Positions 56,100 to 63,956 of a DNA stretch of 64,000 nt are shown here, one piece after another. Made by a program: the position numbers and the translations under genes. Each line of letters opens with the position of its first letter. The stretch's first letter is position 1. The stretch spans positions 1-64,000 of IMG/VR virus record IMGVR_UViG_3300025695_000007; one strand, written 5' to 3'. The notes beneath the pieces are model-generated. The model was not told where the DNA came from. It made no database searches and worked only from the letters and a program-made list of their open reading frames with translations. Origin of the DNA: a virus.

Positions 56100-56714
56100 T
56101 TTGATCTCCTGTTGTGCGGATAATTCCGCCTTTTCCGGTGTGTCACTAGCTACGCTAGAGGTATTGACCTCGTCCTTAGCCAGAGTCTGACCGGCTAGAT
56201 CTACACGATTTGTGAAAGTTTTCTTGAACTCCTCATACTCATCCATCGAGTTAAAGGATTTCGCCAAAGAGAAAGTAGCTGCCTGATTGCAAGGTACGGA
56301 AACAACCGAAACTTCAAACAACTCAGCGTCCTTAATCATTAATCCATCAGTTTCCTTAATATAATCCGCATCCTTGACTCGGAAACCGACAGAAAAGGCT
56401 CCAAGGACACCGTCTTTAACTAACTCAGCAACATTGCCAGGGGCACTTTTGCTAATCTTGCATTCTAATTCCAGACCATTAGGACCAGCTTTCATACCAG
56501 TCGCACGACCAATTGGTCGATCATAGTCATGGTTGAAAAGAATAATAGGATTCTTTTCAAAGTTTGCTAGCCCACCTTTTGTCCATGCTTCGTGAGATAT
56601 AGAATCTCCAGCACGGTCAAAGTCAGCAGTACTAGCCATCCCACGAATCATTACACTGCCATCTTCTGCAGCTTGTGATTTAAATGTGGAGGTAAGATTA
56701 AATATTTTTTCCAT
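54735..56714 (-). CDS. Prohead protease fused in frame to HK97-fold major capsid protein
   Basis: N-terminal protease (ILFNHD, AFSVGF, LFEVSVVSVPCN), coiled-coil delta domain, then capsid body. Confidence 0.92.
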   Translation of the reverse strand: MEKIFNLTSTFKSQAAEDGSVMIRGMASTADFDRAGDSISHEAWTKGGLANFEKNPIILFNHDYDRPIGRATGMKAGPNGLELECKISKSAPGNVAELVKDGVLGAFSVGFRVKDADYIKETDGLMIKDAELFEVSVVSVPCNQAATFSLAKSFNSMDEYEEFKKTFTNRVDLAGQTLAKDEVNTSSVASDTPEKAELSAQQEIKMSEVNTPEIDLEAFAKKVAEQTAANIAMKQAEQKAAEKAEQEKAAAEAEAKAAQEEQVKSAVVTAVETGAERLQEDLEAKLAEKDASYNEVLASFKKELEEKSEEMAKMRDSKRTFSDRGAQGDLTKWGKDFMHAHLLGVMTGKGWDTNFARNIQEKAGIAYAATAADIDQEVSRQIEKEVTLNLRTAGLFREIPVNGAATVLPIQPDVEPATFQTGAAAAGNLENRGDSDNSYKPSQVILNAYRLISQTYMDNHIDEEVLINLMPMLVESVARAHARAVDNAIVNGSGSITGLDGYATANADTLSIGGSEALTAAKLLACRKDMGKYGINPMDVAYIVSQARYFELIEDAGFADITDVGSDIATKITGAIGAVYGSPVIVSDSFGSEADGVPVAFAVNTRNYAIPRLRGVSVEQDYEVGNQRRVIVATQSLGFEELVADTAGNRSAVKIDLAV

Positions 56715-57036
56715 CTTCTTTTACCTCTGCTTTTGCAGGCTCAGCCTTGGGTACTTCAATTTTTACAGGCTTTGGCTTTGGTACTTCTATCTTTGGTTTT
56801 TCTATTTTTACTTCTGGTAATTTAGGTTTAGTAGCCATAAGCCAAAGTTCTGGCTCATTTCTTTCTAACATAATAACCATACGAGAGTAAGAACGAAAAA
56901 TTCTACGAATGTTTGAAAGTAGAACTGGTTTATCTGCAGCTTCTACATATTCTGCTTGAGAAAGAACTTTTCCTTTTTCAGCAAAAAACATGGCTACATC
57001 TTGTAGTACTTTCTTGATTTGTGCCTTATTCGACAT
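56698..57036 (-). CDS. Hypothetical protein with Pro/Lys-rich tail between portal and protease
   Basis: AAGGAG SD before MSNKAQIKK; overlaps both neighbours. Confidence 0.7.
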   Translation of the reverse strand: MSNKAQIKKVLQDVAMFFAEKGKVLSQAEYVEAADKPVLLSNIRRIFRSYSRMVIMLERNEPELWLMATKPKLPEVKIEKPKIEVPKPKPVKIEVPKAEPAKAEVKEDGKNI

Positions 57037-58228
57037 CTGTGTCTCCTTCGGTAGGTCTTCCACCCAAATCTGGGTTTGCTGCGCTGCCTGCAATATTCGC
57101 AGGAACTCTTAAATCGCTGTGACCTTCTACGGCTTCAAAACCTAGGTTATCACGAGCTTCATTTGGGGTAATAATTCCTGCGTTTACAAGAGCAGAATAG
57201 TATTGCGCGGAGTCGCGCAGTTCTGGTTGCAATGCTGGAATATTTGTAATATCTTCTGATAGCTCATACCCAAAAAATCTTTCTAAAGCAAAGTTTAATT
57301 TCTTTACTATAGGCAATACGGTTTCTAAATAATACAACCGCATATTCGGACGAAGATTAGCATTATTTCCAGAATCTAGTAAGATTGGAGGTACGCCAAG
57401 TGCTTTTAAAATAGTCTTTTCAGTTTCTTCTGTAGCACTTTGAAAGTCTAACTCTTTAAAGTTTACGTTTGAAATAGAGTCTACTTCAATACCACCATCA
57501 AGAATAAGAGGTCTACGGCCTCCTGCGTCTGGCTTATAACGTGCTTGCCAAGACATGAGCATACGCTCTTTAATTTTCTCTGAAAGAGTATTAGGACTTT
57601 TAAGTACGAGTCCTGGAACTGCACCATTCTTAAAGAAGTTATCTTGAAAAGATCTCATGCTCGACATTAACTTCATAGTACGAAGAGCAGGGCTTAAACG
57701 TGGAACTCCTCTATAAATAGAGTAGAACGAATTTTCTTTAACGTGAATAATTTCACTAGGAGAGTAAGTTATTCTCTCGTTAAAAGTAAACTTTTCAATG
57801 TAAGTAGTATCACTTGCATGAATAATCATCTTATCTGCTGGAAGATGATACAAGTGTACTCCATCAAAATAAATAAAGATATTTCCGTCAAGGATTAAAT
57901 CAATAATACAGTTTCTACGAAAAGTATTTATATCCTGAAAAGGATTAGGCTCAGTATTGAGAAGAAGATCTACTCTACTGCGCTTTATACCTTTCTGTAC
58001 GGCAGTGCCCTTTGTAGGCATTCCAACGATGGTATTAATTTCGGCAGCATCATCTACAATCATGTTGACGCCACGATTAACAATTTCTAATTCTTCGTAG
58101 GCACGCTCGTATGAATAAGTTGGCTCTCTAGTAGGCTCAATTTTATTATCGTAGTATGGTTGCGCAGGATTCAGTTTTTCTTCCAAATCTTCAGGCTTTC
58201 TACCTAGTAATGTATCATACCACGCCAT
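57026..58228 (-). CDS. Portal protein (HK97/T5 pb7 type)
   Basis: LLNTEPNPFQ, LDGNIFIY, FFKNGAVPG, LGVPPILL, ITPNEAR. Confidence 0.93.
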   Translation of the reverse strand: MAWYDTLLGRKPEDLEEKLNPAQPYYDNKIEPTREPTYSYERAYEELEIVNRGVNMIVDDAAEINTIVGMPTKGTAVQKGIKRSRVDLLLNTEPNPFQDINTFRRNCIIDLILDGNIFIYFDGVHLYHLPADKMIIHASDTTYIEKFTFNERITYSPSEIIHVKENSFYSIYRGVPRLSPALRTMKLMSSMRSFQDNFFKNGAVPGLVLKSPNTLSEKIKERMLMSWQARYKPDAGGRRPLILDGGIEVDSISNVNFKELDFQSATEETEKTILKALGVPPILLDSGNNANLRPNMRLYYLETVLPIVKKLNFALERFFGYELSEDITNIPALQPELRDSAQYYSALVNAGIITPNEARDNLGFEAVEGHSDLRVPANIAGSAANPDLGGRPTEGDTDVE

Positions 58229-58598
58229 GTTTAGTTCTCTGTATTTCTACCCAGTTCTCTTGCTTTTTAGCTGTAGCTAGAGAAGGATCTTTGCCATAAA
58301 TAGAGTGTAGCTGTAGATGATGTGCATGGCATAAAGTTACTGTATAGTCATATAACTCTGCGTGCTTTTCTTCTATAAACTCATCTCTCCATACGACAAT
58401 GTATTCGTCAGTATAGTGATCAGGGCGTGTAGCCTGTTTTTCTTTCAACCACTCAGAGAGTAGAGGACTTAAACTGTAAAAATGATGAAAGTCTAGTTTC
58501 TCTGTACTTTCACAAATGTAGCAAGCCCCTGCTTTTTGGTATTGGGACTTTGCTTTGTCCCGAATATACTTAACTCTGTCTCTTTTTAGCTGTGCCAT
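58215..58598 (-). CDS. HNH nicking endonuclease (T5-type, between TerL and portal)
   Basis: KYIRDKAKSQY, CYIC, LDFHH, TLCHAHHLQLH. Confidence 0.85.
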   Translation of the reverse strand: MAQLKRDRVKYIRDKAKSQYQKAGACYICESTEKLDFHHFYSLSPLLSEWLKEKQATRPDHYTDEYIVVWRDEFIEEKHAELYDYTVTLCHAHHLQLHSIYGKDPSLATAKKQENWVEIQRTKHGVV

Positions 58599-58626
58599 GT
58601 GGTTTCTTTTCTACTTTGATAACGAA

Positions 58627-58655
58627 ATTATAGCTAACTTGAGGTTTGTTGTCAA
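58627..58655 (-). promoter_or_regulatory. Sigma70-type promoter for the head operon
   Basis: TTGACA-17nt-TATAAT. Confidence 0.8.
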
Positions 58656-58678
58656 ACACTATTTTTAACCATGTCCTA

Positions 58679-59983
58679 TTAGAATGTGGTCTGCGAAGTT
58701 TCAAACGAGTACAAAGCATATCGAAGAGCATCTGCCATATGCGATGCTTTGTTATGCTTGGGCTTCTCCTTTAATAGATTAGGGTTTGGGTCCCATTGGT
58801 ATTGGTCTAAGCAAGATAAAGTCTCGAAACACCTCTGATCTACAATAAGATTATTATTATCAACTATTGCTGCTACATGACCTATACCATCAATAATGGA
58901 CTTCTTTGCATTTATTGTACTAATATCATAATTCTGCGCAAAGTCAAATCGAGTTTGAGCAGCCGCAGAATCTATGTAAATAAAGTCTATATCATACTTA
59001 TTTATAGCATCTCTAATTTCTTCTGCATGTTTCTCTGTAGTTTTTTCAGAGTCGTAGTACTCTCCGAGTACATAATATTTTCCAGTATCCCAGTCATATG
59101 CTATTACACAAAAAGCGGTAGGATCTCTAAAGCCTACGTCTAACCCTGCGAATATATCCATACCAGTAGTGTCTAATTCTGATAAATCTGCAACACATTC
59201 TTCAGCATTAAAGTTCCAAATTTGTCCTTCATAAGTATTAAAATCCGCTTCGTATTCTTGCTTAAACTCTGACTCGCTCATAGACTTCTTGGCTTCGTCT
59301 ACATCATGTTGACTCATGCGAGGATTATCTTTGTAGGTTGCTTTTATACTTATCCATTCAGGAAACTCAGCAGAGAATCCTCTGTCAAAAAATTTTGCAA
59401 ACCAGTTATTCTTTCCTCGTGGAGTAGAAATAAAAATTGCTTTTGAATTATCTTTATCGAGTGTGGGGCGCAAAGAAACATTAAAAGCTTCCTCTCCGTC
59501 TGTAAGTGCCGCCTCATCAAAGATAATTAGATCGTAAGAACGCCCTACAGAAGAGTCTACCTGATTTACAGAACCCATTCGTACCGTAGAACCATTTGAT
59601 ATTTCTATAACTTTATCCTTTGCATTATCCCTTGTAACTTCGAGATCGAAGTGCTTAATAAGTGTTCTTTGCAGATCAAAGGAGATTTGAGAGAGGGAGT
59701 AGTTAGGGGACATGATAAGTATATTTGATTTTGGAACAAGTGAAACTAGTTGCCCTATAATATTTGCAATATAGGTTTTTCCCTGCCGTCTGGAGAGTGC
59801 TGCTGTCACAAAGCGATATTTTGGATTATTTATAGCATTTATAAGTGCTATTTGAGAGGGCAAAGGGTCGATTCCTAATAAATCCAGATAAGGATCAATA
59901 GGTAGTTTTAGAAATCGAGACCCTGAGTCTAGTTCTTGTATCTTTGTATATGGAACATCTACCCTACTAACTTGTACTGCCAT
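58679..59983 (-). CDS. Terminase large subunit
   Basis: SRRQGKT, LIIFDEAA, ISTPRGKN, GLDVG..DPTA, SHMADALRY. Confidence 0.95.
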   Translation of the reverse strand: MAVQVSRVDVPYTKIQELDSGSRFLKLPIDPYLDLLGIDPLPSQIALINAINNPKYRFVTAALSRRQGKTYIANIIGQLVSLVPKSNILIMSPNYSLSQISFDLQRTLIKHFDLEVTRDNAKDKVIEISNGSTVRMGSVNQVDSSVGRSYDLIIFDEAALTDGEEAFNVSLRPTLDKDNSKAIFISTPRGKNNWFAKFFDRGFSAEFPEWISIKATYKDNPRMSQHDVDEAKKSMSESEFKQEYEADFNTYEGQIWNFNAEECVADLSELDTTGMDIFAGLDVGFRDPTAFCVIAYDWDTGKYYVLGEYYDSEKTTEKHAEEIRDAINKYDIDFIYIDSAAAQTRFDFAQNYDISTINAKKSIIDGIGHVAAIVDNNNLIVDQRCFETLSCLDQYQWDPNPNLLKEKPKHNKASHMADALRYALYSFETSQTTF

Positions 59984-60324
59984 TATTCTTTTTTTCCACT
60001 ATTTGCGTATAAACCAAACCAAGCAGCTCCTGCTCCTACAATTACTGAAATTAGACCTGCTTGTTCCATGGTAGGGGCTTCTAAAGCCATAAACCATTTT
60101 GAACTTGAATAGAGTAAATAAATATAAGTAGTAATAAATATTCTTGGAAAGATACGCCAAGCATCTATTGCAACTGCCAAGTCTTTTATTTTTTGGTATC
60201 GAGCTTCCGGTGGGGGAGCTTCTGGAGCCGCTGCTGCTGCATCTTCAAGTTCATCAATACGATCTAGTAGAGCGTTGTATTTATCTAAGTCTACTTGTAC
60301 TTCATTTCGAGTATTATCTTCCAT
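59983..60324 (-). CDS. Two-TM membrane protein (holin-like)
   Basis: DAWRIFPRIF...QAGLISVIVGAGAAWFGLY. Confidence 0.6.
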   Translation of the reverse strand: MEDNTRNEVQVDLDKYNALLDRIDELEDAAAAAPEAPPPEARYQKIKDLAVAIDAWRIFPRIFITTYIYLLYSSSKWFMALEAPTMEQAGLISVIVGAGAAWFGLYANSGKKE

Positions 60325-60336
60325 TTAGTTTTCCAA

Positions 60337-61032
60337 TTATACCGGATCTAGTATTAGATCGAATGACCCCGTTGCGGGAAAGTTATTTCCAGTAGTTGTT
60401 GCTCGGAAATCTATATCCATCTTCGGAGGAAGATAGAAAGGAACAGAGTAAGTTTGAGTAAAAGTTGTTTCGTATAACTCAAGCTGTGCACGTATTCGGA
60501 AAGTTCCTCCAAAGTCACGAGTATATAATTTAAACTCAGCGTCCCCTCCTTTACCAATACCTGCGGTAAACTGGGTTCCGTAAGCACGAGTATTCGCAGG
60601 CACGGTGTATACACACATAAGAGTTTGACTATCTCCTATTTTTATATGCCCTACGACAGTGCCTGTACCTGAAACTGTACGAGCAGTAATGGTTCCTACA
60701 TTTGCTGCATCATCGCTATAAATCATACGATATATACGCTTAAAAGTATTTTGAGTAGGAACAGCTGTAAGTCCTGTCATTGTTACAGTTTCTTGTTGCA
60801 GAACATAATCTGCATCAAGACCATAAACCGTCAGAGACCCCGTATCGGAGGCAGAAGTACTAATAAGGTATAAAGTTTGGGGATTATCAAGTGCAGACCA
60901 TGGGTACGCTCCGCCTTGTGTCCAAAGGGTTTGAGTGCCTGAAACAAGATTTGGATTTGCTCCAAATTTGTGTTCAAAAACGTAGTCTCGTTCTGCGCCT
61001 CTAGCAATGTCTAATCCGTATGCTCCAATCAT
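60337..61032 (-). CDS. Hypothetical, probably virion-associated protein
   Basis: HKFGANP, ISTSASDTG, TVYGLDADY, MCVYTVPA; TAATG-coupled start at 61032. Confidence 0.6.
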   Translation of the reverse strand: MIGAYGLDIARGAERDYVFEHKFGANPNLVSGTQTLWTQGGAYPWSALDNPQTLYLISTSASDTGSLTVYGLDADYVLQQETVTMTGLTAVPTQNTFKRIYRMIYSDDAANVGTITARTVSGTGTVVGHIKIGDSQTLMCVYTVPANTRAYGTQFTAGIGKGGDAEFKLYTRDFGGTFRIRAQLELYETTFTQTYSVPFYLPPKMDIDFRATTTGNNFPATGSFDLILDPV

Positions 61033-61355
61033 TACCATTTTACCTTATCGGCCCAATAAGCTGCGCTCATTTTGCCCTTTGCAATATTCTTTGCATGACG
61101 AGCCTTAAACGAGGCGCGCTTCTTTTTCATTGCAGCAGACTCACCAGCTTTAGGCTTGCCCGCAGTCTTTGCGCCTTGCTGACCGAAACGAATAGTCTTT
61201 ACTTTTGTTCCCACTTTTGCTACTACGATGTGAGACTTCTTAGGATGGCCAGGAGTTCTACGAGGTTTATTGTAGCCTGATACCTTAGCTCTTTTAAGTC
61301 TGGAGTCTTTCTTTTTACCTTTTCTTACCGCCACGTCGTTGTCTCTTACGAGCAT
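61032..61355 (-). CDS. Highly basic small protein (DUF6321-like)
   Basis: GYNKPRRTPGHPKKSHIVVAK...IRFGQQG...RASFKARH...SAAYWADKVKW; true start may be GTG 61334. Confidence 0.75.
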   Translation of the reverse strand: MLVRDNDVAVRKGKKKDSRLKRAKVSGYNKPRRTPGHPKKSHIVVAKVGTKVKTIRFGQQGAKTAGKPKAGESAAMKKKRASFKARHAKNIAKGKMSAAYWADKVKW

Positions 61356-61596
61356 ATGTTTTCACATAAGTCGGCTTGCCTCCAGGATTCCCTGCTGCAC
61401 GCTTTCTTCGAATAGCGGAGCGTTTTTGTGCTGGAGTCATTTTTGCTGCTTTGGCAGCTGGAACGCATTTAGGGTATTTTCCTTTTTTTGCCTTACTACG
61501 ACCGCAGGGCTGATATCCCCCGCCTTTTTTCGGACGAGAAATATCTACCCATTTTTCTTTAAACCACTTAGTAAGACCACCTCTAGGCTTAGCCAT
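61315..61596 (-). CDS. Highly basic small protein (DUF5872-like)
   Basis: GLTKWFKEKWVD...PCGR...YPKCVP...KRSAIRRKR. Confidence 0.75.
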   Translation of the reverse strand: MAKPRGGLTKWFKEKWVDISRPKKGGGYQPCGRSKAKKGKYPKCVPAAKAAKMTPAQKRSAIRRKRAAGNPGGKPTYVKTYARKRQRRGGKKR

Positions 61597-61661
61597 TACT
61601 TTTTACGCTTTTTCTTTGGCTTGGGCGTATAAGGCCCTCCACTACAACTAGGTCCGTGCAT
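61596..61661 (-). CDS. 21-aa basic micropeptide (not in ORF track)
   Basis: MHGPSCSGGPYTPKPKKKRKK*; TAATG overlap at both ends; GGGAG SD. Confidence 0.65.
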   Translation of the reverse strand: MHGPSCSGGPYTPKPKKKRKK

Positions 61662-61846
61662 TACTTACTCCCCATGCGGTATCTACCGCCTCGTGCCTTG
61701 TAAGTCTTTACAAGCCACCCGTTTGCATAAGCTGAAGGATATACTTTAAACTTACGCTTTGCTTCGGACTTTACTTTCGCATAAAGCCGTTTATTTGTAG
61801 GTACGGGTTTTTTCTTTGTTACTTTTCGTCGCTTTTTGACAGCCAT
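61661..61846 (-). CDS. Highly basic small protein (DUF5872-like)
   Basis: PTNKRLYAKVKSEAKRKFKVYPSAYANGWLVKTYKARGGRY; 22/61 residues K+R. Confidence 0.75.
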   Translation of the reverse strand: MAVKKRRKVTKKKPVPTNKRLYAKVKSEAKRKFKVYPSAYANGWLVKTYKARGGRYRMGSK

Positions 61847-62043
61847 TGCTCTAGCTCTGCCTTTTCGATAACACCATCATCGTCTAGGTCTGCATCCAAG
61901 ATGCTTTCTTCAACTACGGCTCCAGCTAGACGTACTTTGATACCCGCAGCATCTTTAGCTTCCTGCTCGTTATTGTAGATTCCTACTACTTTTCCGCTTT
62001 CTTCGACAATCCACATGTCTCGCTTTTGTCTGATTGTTCGCAT
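61819..62043 (-). CDS. Small protein with a C-terminal EF-hand-like loop
   Basis: AAGGAG/AAGGA SD before MRTIRQ; DLDDDGVIEKAE fits DxDxDGxIxxxE. Confidence 0.65.
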   Translation of the reverse strand: MRTIRQKRDMWIVEESGKVVGIYNNEQEAKDAAGIKVRLAGAVVEESILDADLDDDGVIEKAELEQWLSKSDEK

Positions 62044-62162
62044 TCTTCCTTCTCCTTTTTGGAACCGAATATCAAGTCCCAACCTGTTGCATAAGCGTTA
62101 TCGTCTCGTCCTTTTCTTGGCTTGCTTCCTTTTCCCGCTTCGCTTTTTGGGTTTCCAGCCAT
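61986..62162 (-). CDS. 58-aa hypothetical protein (not in ORF track)
   Basis: AAGGAG SD; MAGNPKSEAGKGSKPRKGRDDNAYATGWDLIFGSKKE...; GKGSKPR...WDxIFG resembles a recurrent small phage protein motif. Confidence 0.65.
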   Translation of the reverse strand: MAGNPKSEAGKGSKPRKGRDDNAYATGWDLIFGSKKEKEECEQSDKSETCGLSKKAEK

Positions 62163-62286
62163 GTTCTACTCCTTGTAGTAATTTTACCATCTTTCTAGCA
62201 GAGGTCTTACTTTTTGCCTTTGCTTTCTTTTTAAGTTTCTTGCCGCTCTTCTTGTAGACTGTTGTTCCTTTAATCGTATAAGGCAT
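62098..62286 (-). CDS. Highly basic small protein
   Basis: 26/62 residues K+R with a single acidic residue; LLQGVEHGWKP motif. Confidence 0.7.
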   Translation of the reverse strand: MPYTIKGTTVYKKSGKKLKKKAKAKSKTSARKMVKLLQGVEHGWKPKKRSGKRKQAKKRTRR

Positions 62287-62653
62287 GATAAAATCTGTGT
62301 GAGCCTACGGCAACATAACTGCTACCTGCCCATCTTGGCCGTACGTAGTGCGCATGGTACCAAAGAGCTCCTGAAGTAGGGTCTTCGTACTTTGAGTAAA
62401 CCATCGCAACGTAAATTGCTTGTTTCCAAGCAGCCAAATCTTTAGGATTATCTGACTTACCGTCACAGTACCACGAAAATTGACATCGATGTCGCTGTTC
62501 TCCTCCATCTTTCACAACTCCACAATAGGAGTTCGGAAAGAGGGACGATTCGACACGATTCTCAACTACGTGAGCAACTGCAAGTTGAGATAAGAAATCC
62601 TCGCTTCTGGCCTCGAAGTAAATATTCAAGGCCATACACATGAGAACTGTCAC
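62270..62653 (-). CDS. Cell wall hydrolase (SleB / Hydrolase_2)
   Basis: CMALNIYFEARSE...AVAHVVENRV..FPNSYCGVV...CQFSWYCDG...GALWYHAHYVRPRW...GSHRFY. Confidence 0.9.
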   Translation of the reverse strand: MTVLMCMALNIYFEARSEDFLSQLAVAHVVENRVESSLFPNSYCGVVKDGGEQRHRCQFSWYCDGKSDNPKDLAAWKQAIYVAMVYSKYEDPTSGALWYHAHYVRPRWAGSSYVAVGSHRFYHALYD

Positions 62654-62862
62654 CTCGCAAATACAGTAACGACAAGGCCTGCTAGAAAGACAATAACTGC
62701 ACCACCAACGGCTACAATTCGTCCTTCTATGCGCTCAACAGCCTTTTCGATATCGCCAAGACGCTGAAAGTTTGTCTTCCAACGTTCTTCGCACTGTACC
62801 TCATGCCGATCTAATTGATTCTCGAGCGTATGTATTCGCTCTTCAACTCTATCCTCCACCAT
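62650..62862 (-). CDS. Coiled-coil + C-terminal TM protein (holin/XhlA-like)
   Basis: HEVQCEERW heptads followed by IVAVGGAVIVFLAGLVVTVF. Confidence 0.6.
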   Translation of the reverse strand: MVEDRVEERIHTLENQLDRHEVQCEERWKTNFQRLGDIEKAVERIEGRIVAVGGAVIVFLAGLVVTVFAR

Positions 62863-63310
62863 TGAGTAATTTCTCCATCAACTTTCCATAGTTTCCTTGA
62901 CCAAAAGGTATAGCTTCATTAATTTGAACATTTGTCTGGTTCTTGATTGAGGCGGAAGAAGCTTTCTCAAGCTCTACTTGTGCCTTAATCTCGTCCATAC
63001 GCATTTTATGAGCCATCTGTAGTAGGTCTGCTAAATCTTTCTTAGAATAGATTCCTGTTTCAGTTGCTTCTTCAAGTTTTGAAGCTATTATATCGTCCAT
63101 AACCGAAGCAATATTCCCTCGGTTGCGATATCCCATATCAAGGTACACGGTGTCAATGTACTGCTTTACTTCTCTTTTGTTCAGGGTAGACACAACCGTA
63201 TCTTCAGCAATGCTAAGATAGTTGCATACTTCACGAATATTTCCGTATTGTAAATACAGATTCGCTATTTCAATCCCTTCTGGAGATATTGTTGTTAATT
63301 CTTTTGCCAT
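62849..63310 (-). CDS. Terminase small subunit (T5-like; start moved to 63310)
   Basis: SPEG..IANLYLQYG, EVKQYID, GYRNR, KLEEATETG, AHKMRMDE, NQTNVQ match recalled T5 TerS. Confidence 0.82.
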   Translation of the reverse strand: MAKELTTISPEGIEIANLYLQYGNIREVCNYLSIAEDTVVSTLNKREVKQYIDTVYLDMGYRNRGNIASVMDDIIASKLEEATETGIYSKKDLADLLQMAHKMRMDEIKAQVELEKASSASIKNQTNVQINEAIPFGQGNYGKLMEKLLNGGG

Positions 63311-63316
63311 TTTTGA

Positions 63317-63345
63317 ATTATACTGCATGACACAATTAAAGTCAA
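63317..63345 (-). promoter_or_regulatory. Sigma70-type promoter (TerS; probably leaderless)
   Basis: AAAAAATTTC-TTGACT-17nt-TATAAT, ATG 6 nt downstream. Confidence 0.8.
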
Positions 63346-63356
63346 GAAATTTTTTT

Positions 63357-63950
63357 CTATCCCCACTGTAAAGCCATTGCTGCTGCGATTCCAAAATAGG
63401 TAACGGAACGTTCGTGCCCAGAACCTCCGCCAAGTCGCGATTGCCCACTATCGGACTGATTTGCCCAACGAGGCTTACCGTCCACCCAGCGGGGTTCGAC
63501 ATATTCGCTAGGAACTAGGGCAGGTAAGTTTCGAAGCCACAAACCTGTCTTCTTTGAAGCATCTTCTCCAAAATCATAGGGTTGTACATATTGAGGCTTG
63601 GGCATAAAATCAAGTCGAGTACTAATACATCCTACAGGATTCTCGATGCACATATGTTTTACAGGAGCTTTCCACAACTTTTCGATAAATTTTAAACTTT
63701 CCTCGGTTTTGAGAGCGCGCTCTGGTTGTCGCTTGTTCCAATGTAGTCCCGAGGCCGCTAGATAGGTACAGGGTGGATGTAAAATTGCCATATCCCACGA
63801 ATTTTCATACAAAACTTTTACCACATCGTCGACAATATGAGGGCCGGGAGCTTCTGTTGGTAGTAAGTCGCACGAGATGGCCTCATGACCCATTGCCAAG
63901 AAGCAGTCACGAACAACGCCGGAAAATTCACACCCAATTAATATTTTCAT
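63357..63950 (-). CDS. DNA cytosine-5 methyltransferase-like protein (short phage type)
   Basis: ILIGCEFSGVVRDCF SAM-binding variant, SCDLLP, HPPCTYL (motif IV), IENP (motif VI); start moved to 63950. Confidence 0.75.
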   Translation of the reverse strand: MKILIGCEFSGVVRDCFLAMGHEAISCDLLPTEAPGPHIVDDVVKVLYENSWDMAILHPPCTYLAASGLHWNKRQPERALKTEESLKFIEKLWKAPVKHMCIENPVGCISTRLDFMPKPQYVQPYDFGEDASKKTGLWLRNLPALVPSEYVEPRWVDGKPRWANQSDSGQSRLGGGSGHERSVTYFGIAAAMALQWG

Positions 63951-63956
63951 ACAAGT

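Noticed and set aside
63311-63502. 64-aa N-terminal extension of TerS in the ORF track
   Set aside because: It overlaps the MTase-like gene and a promoter; T5-like similarity starts at Met 63310.
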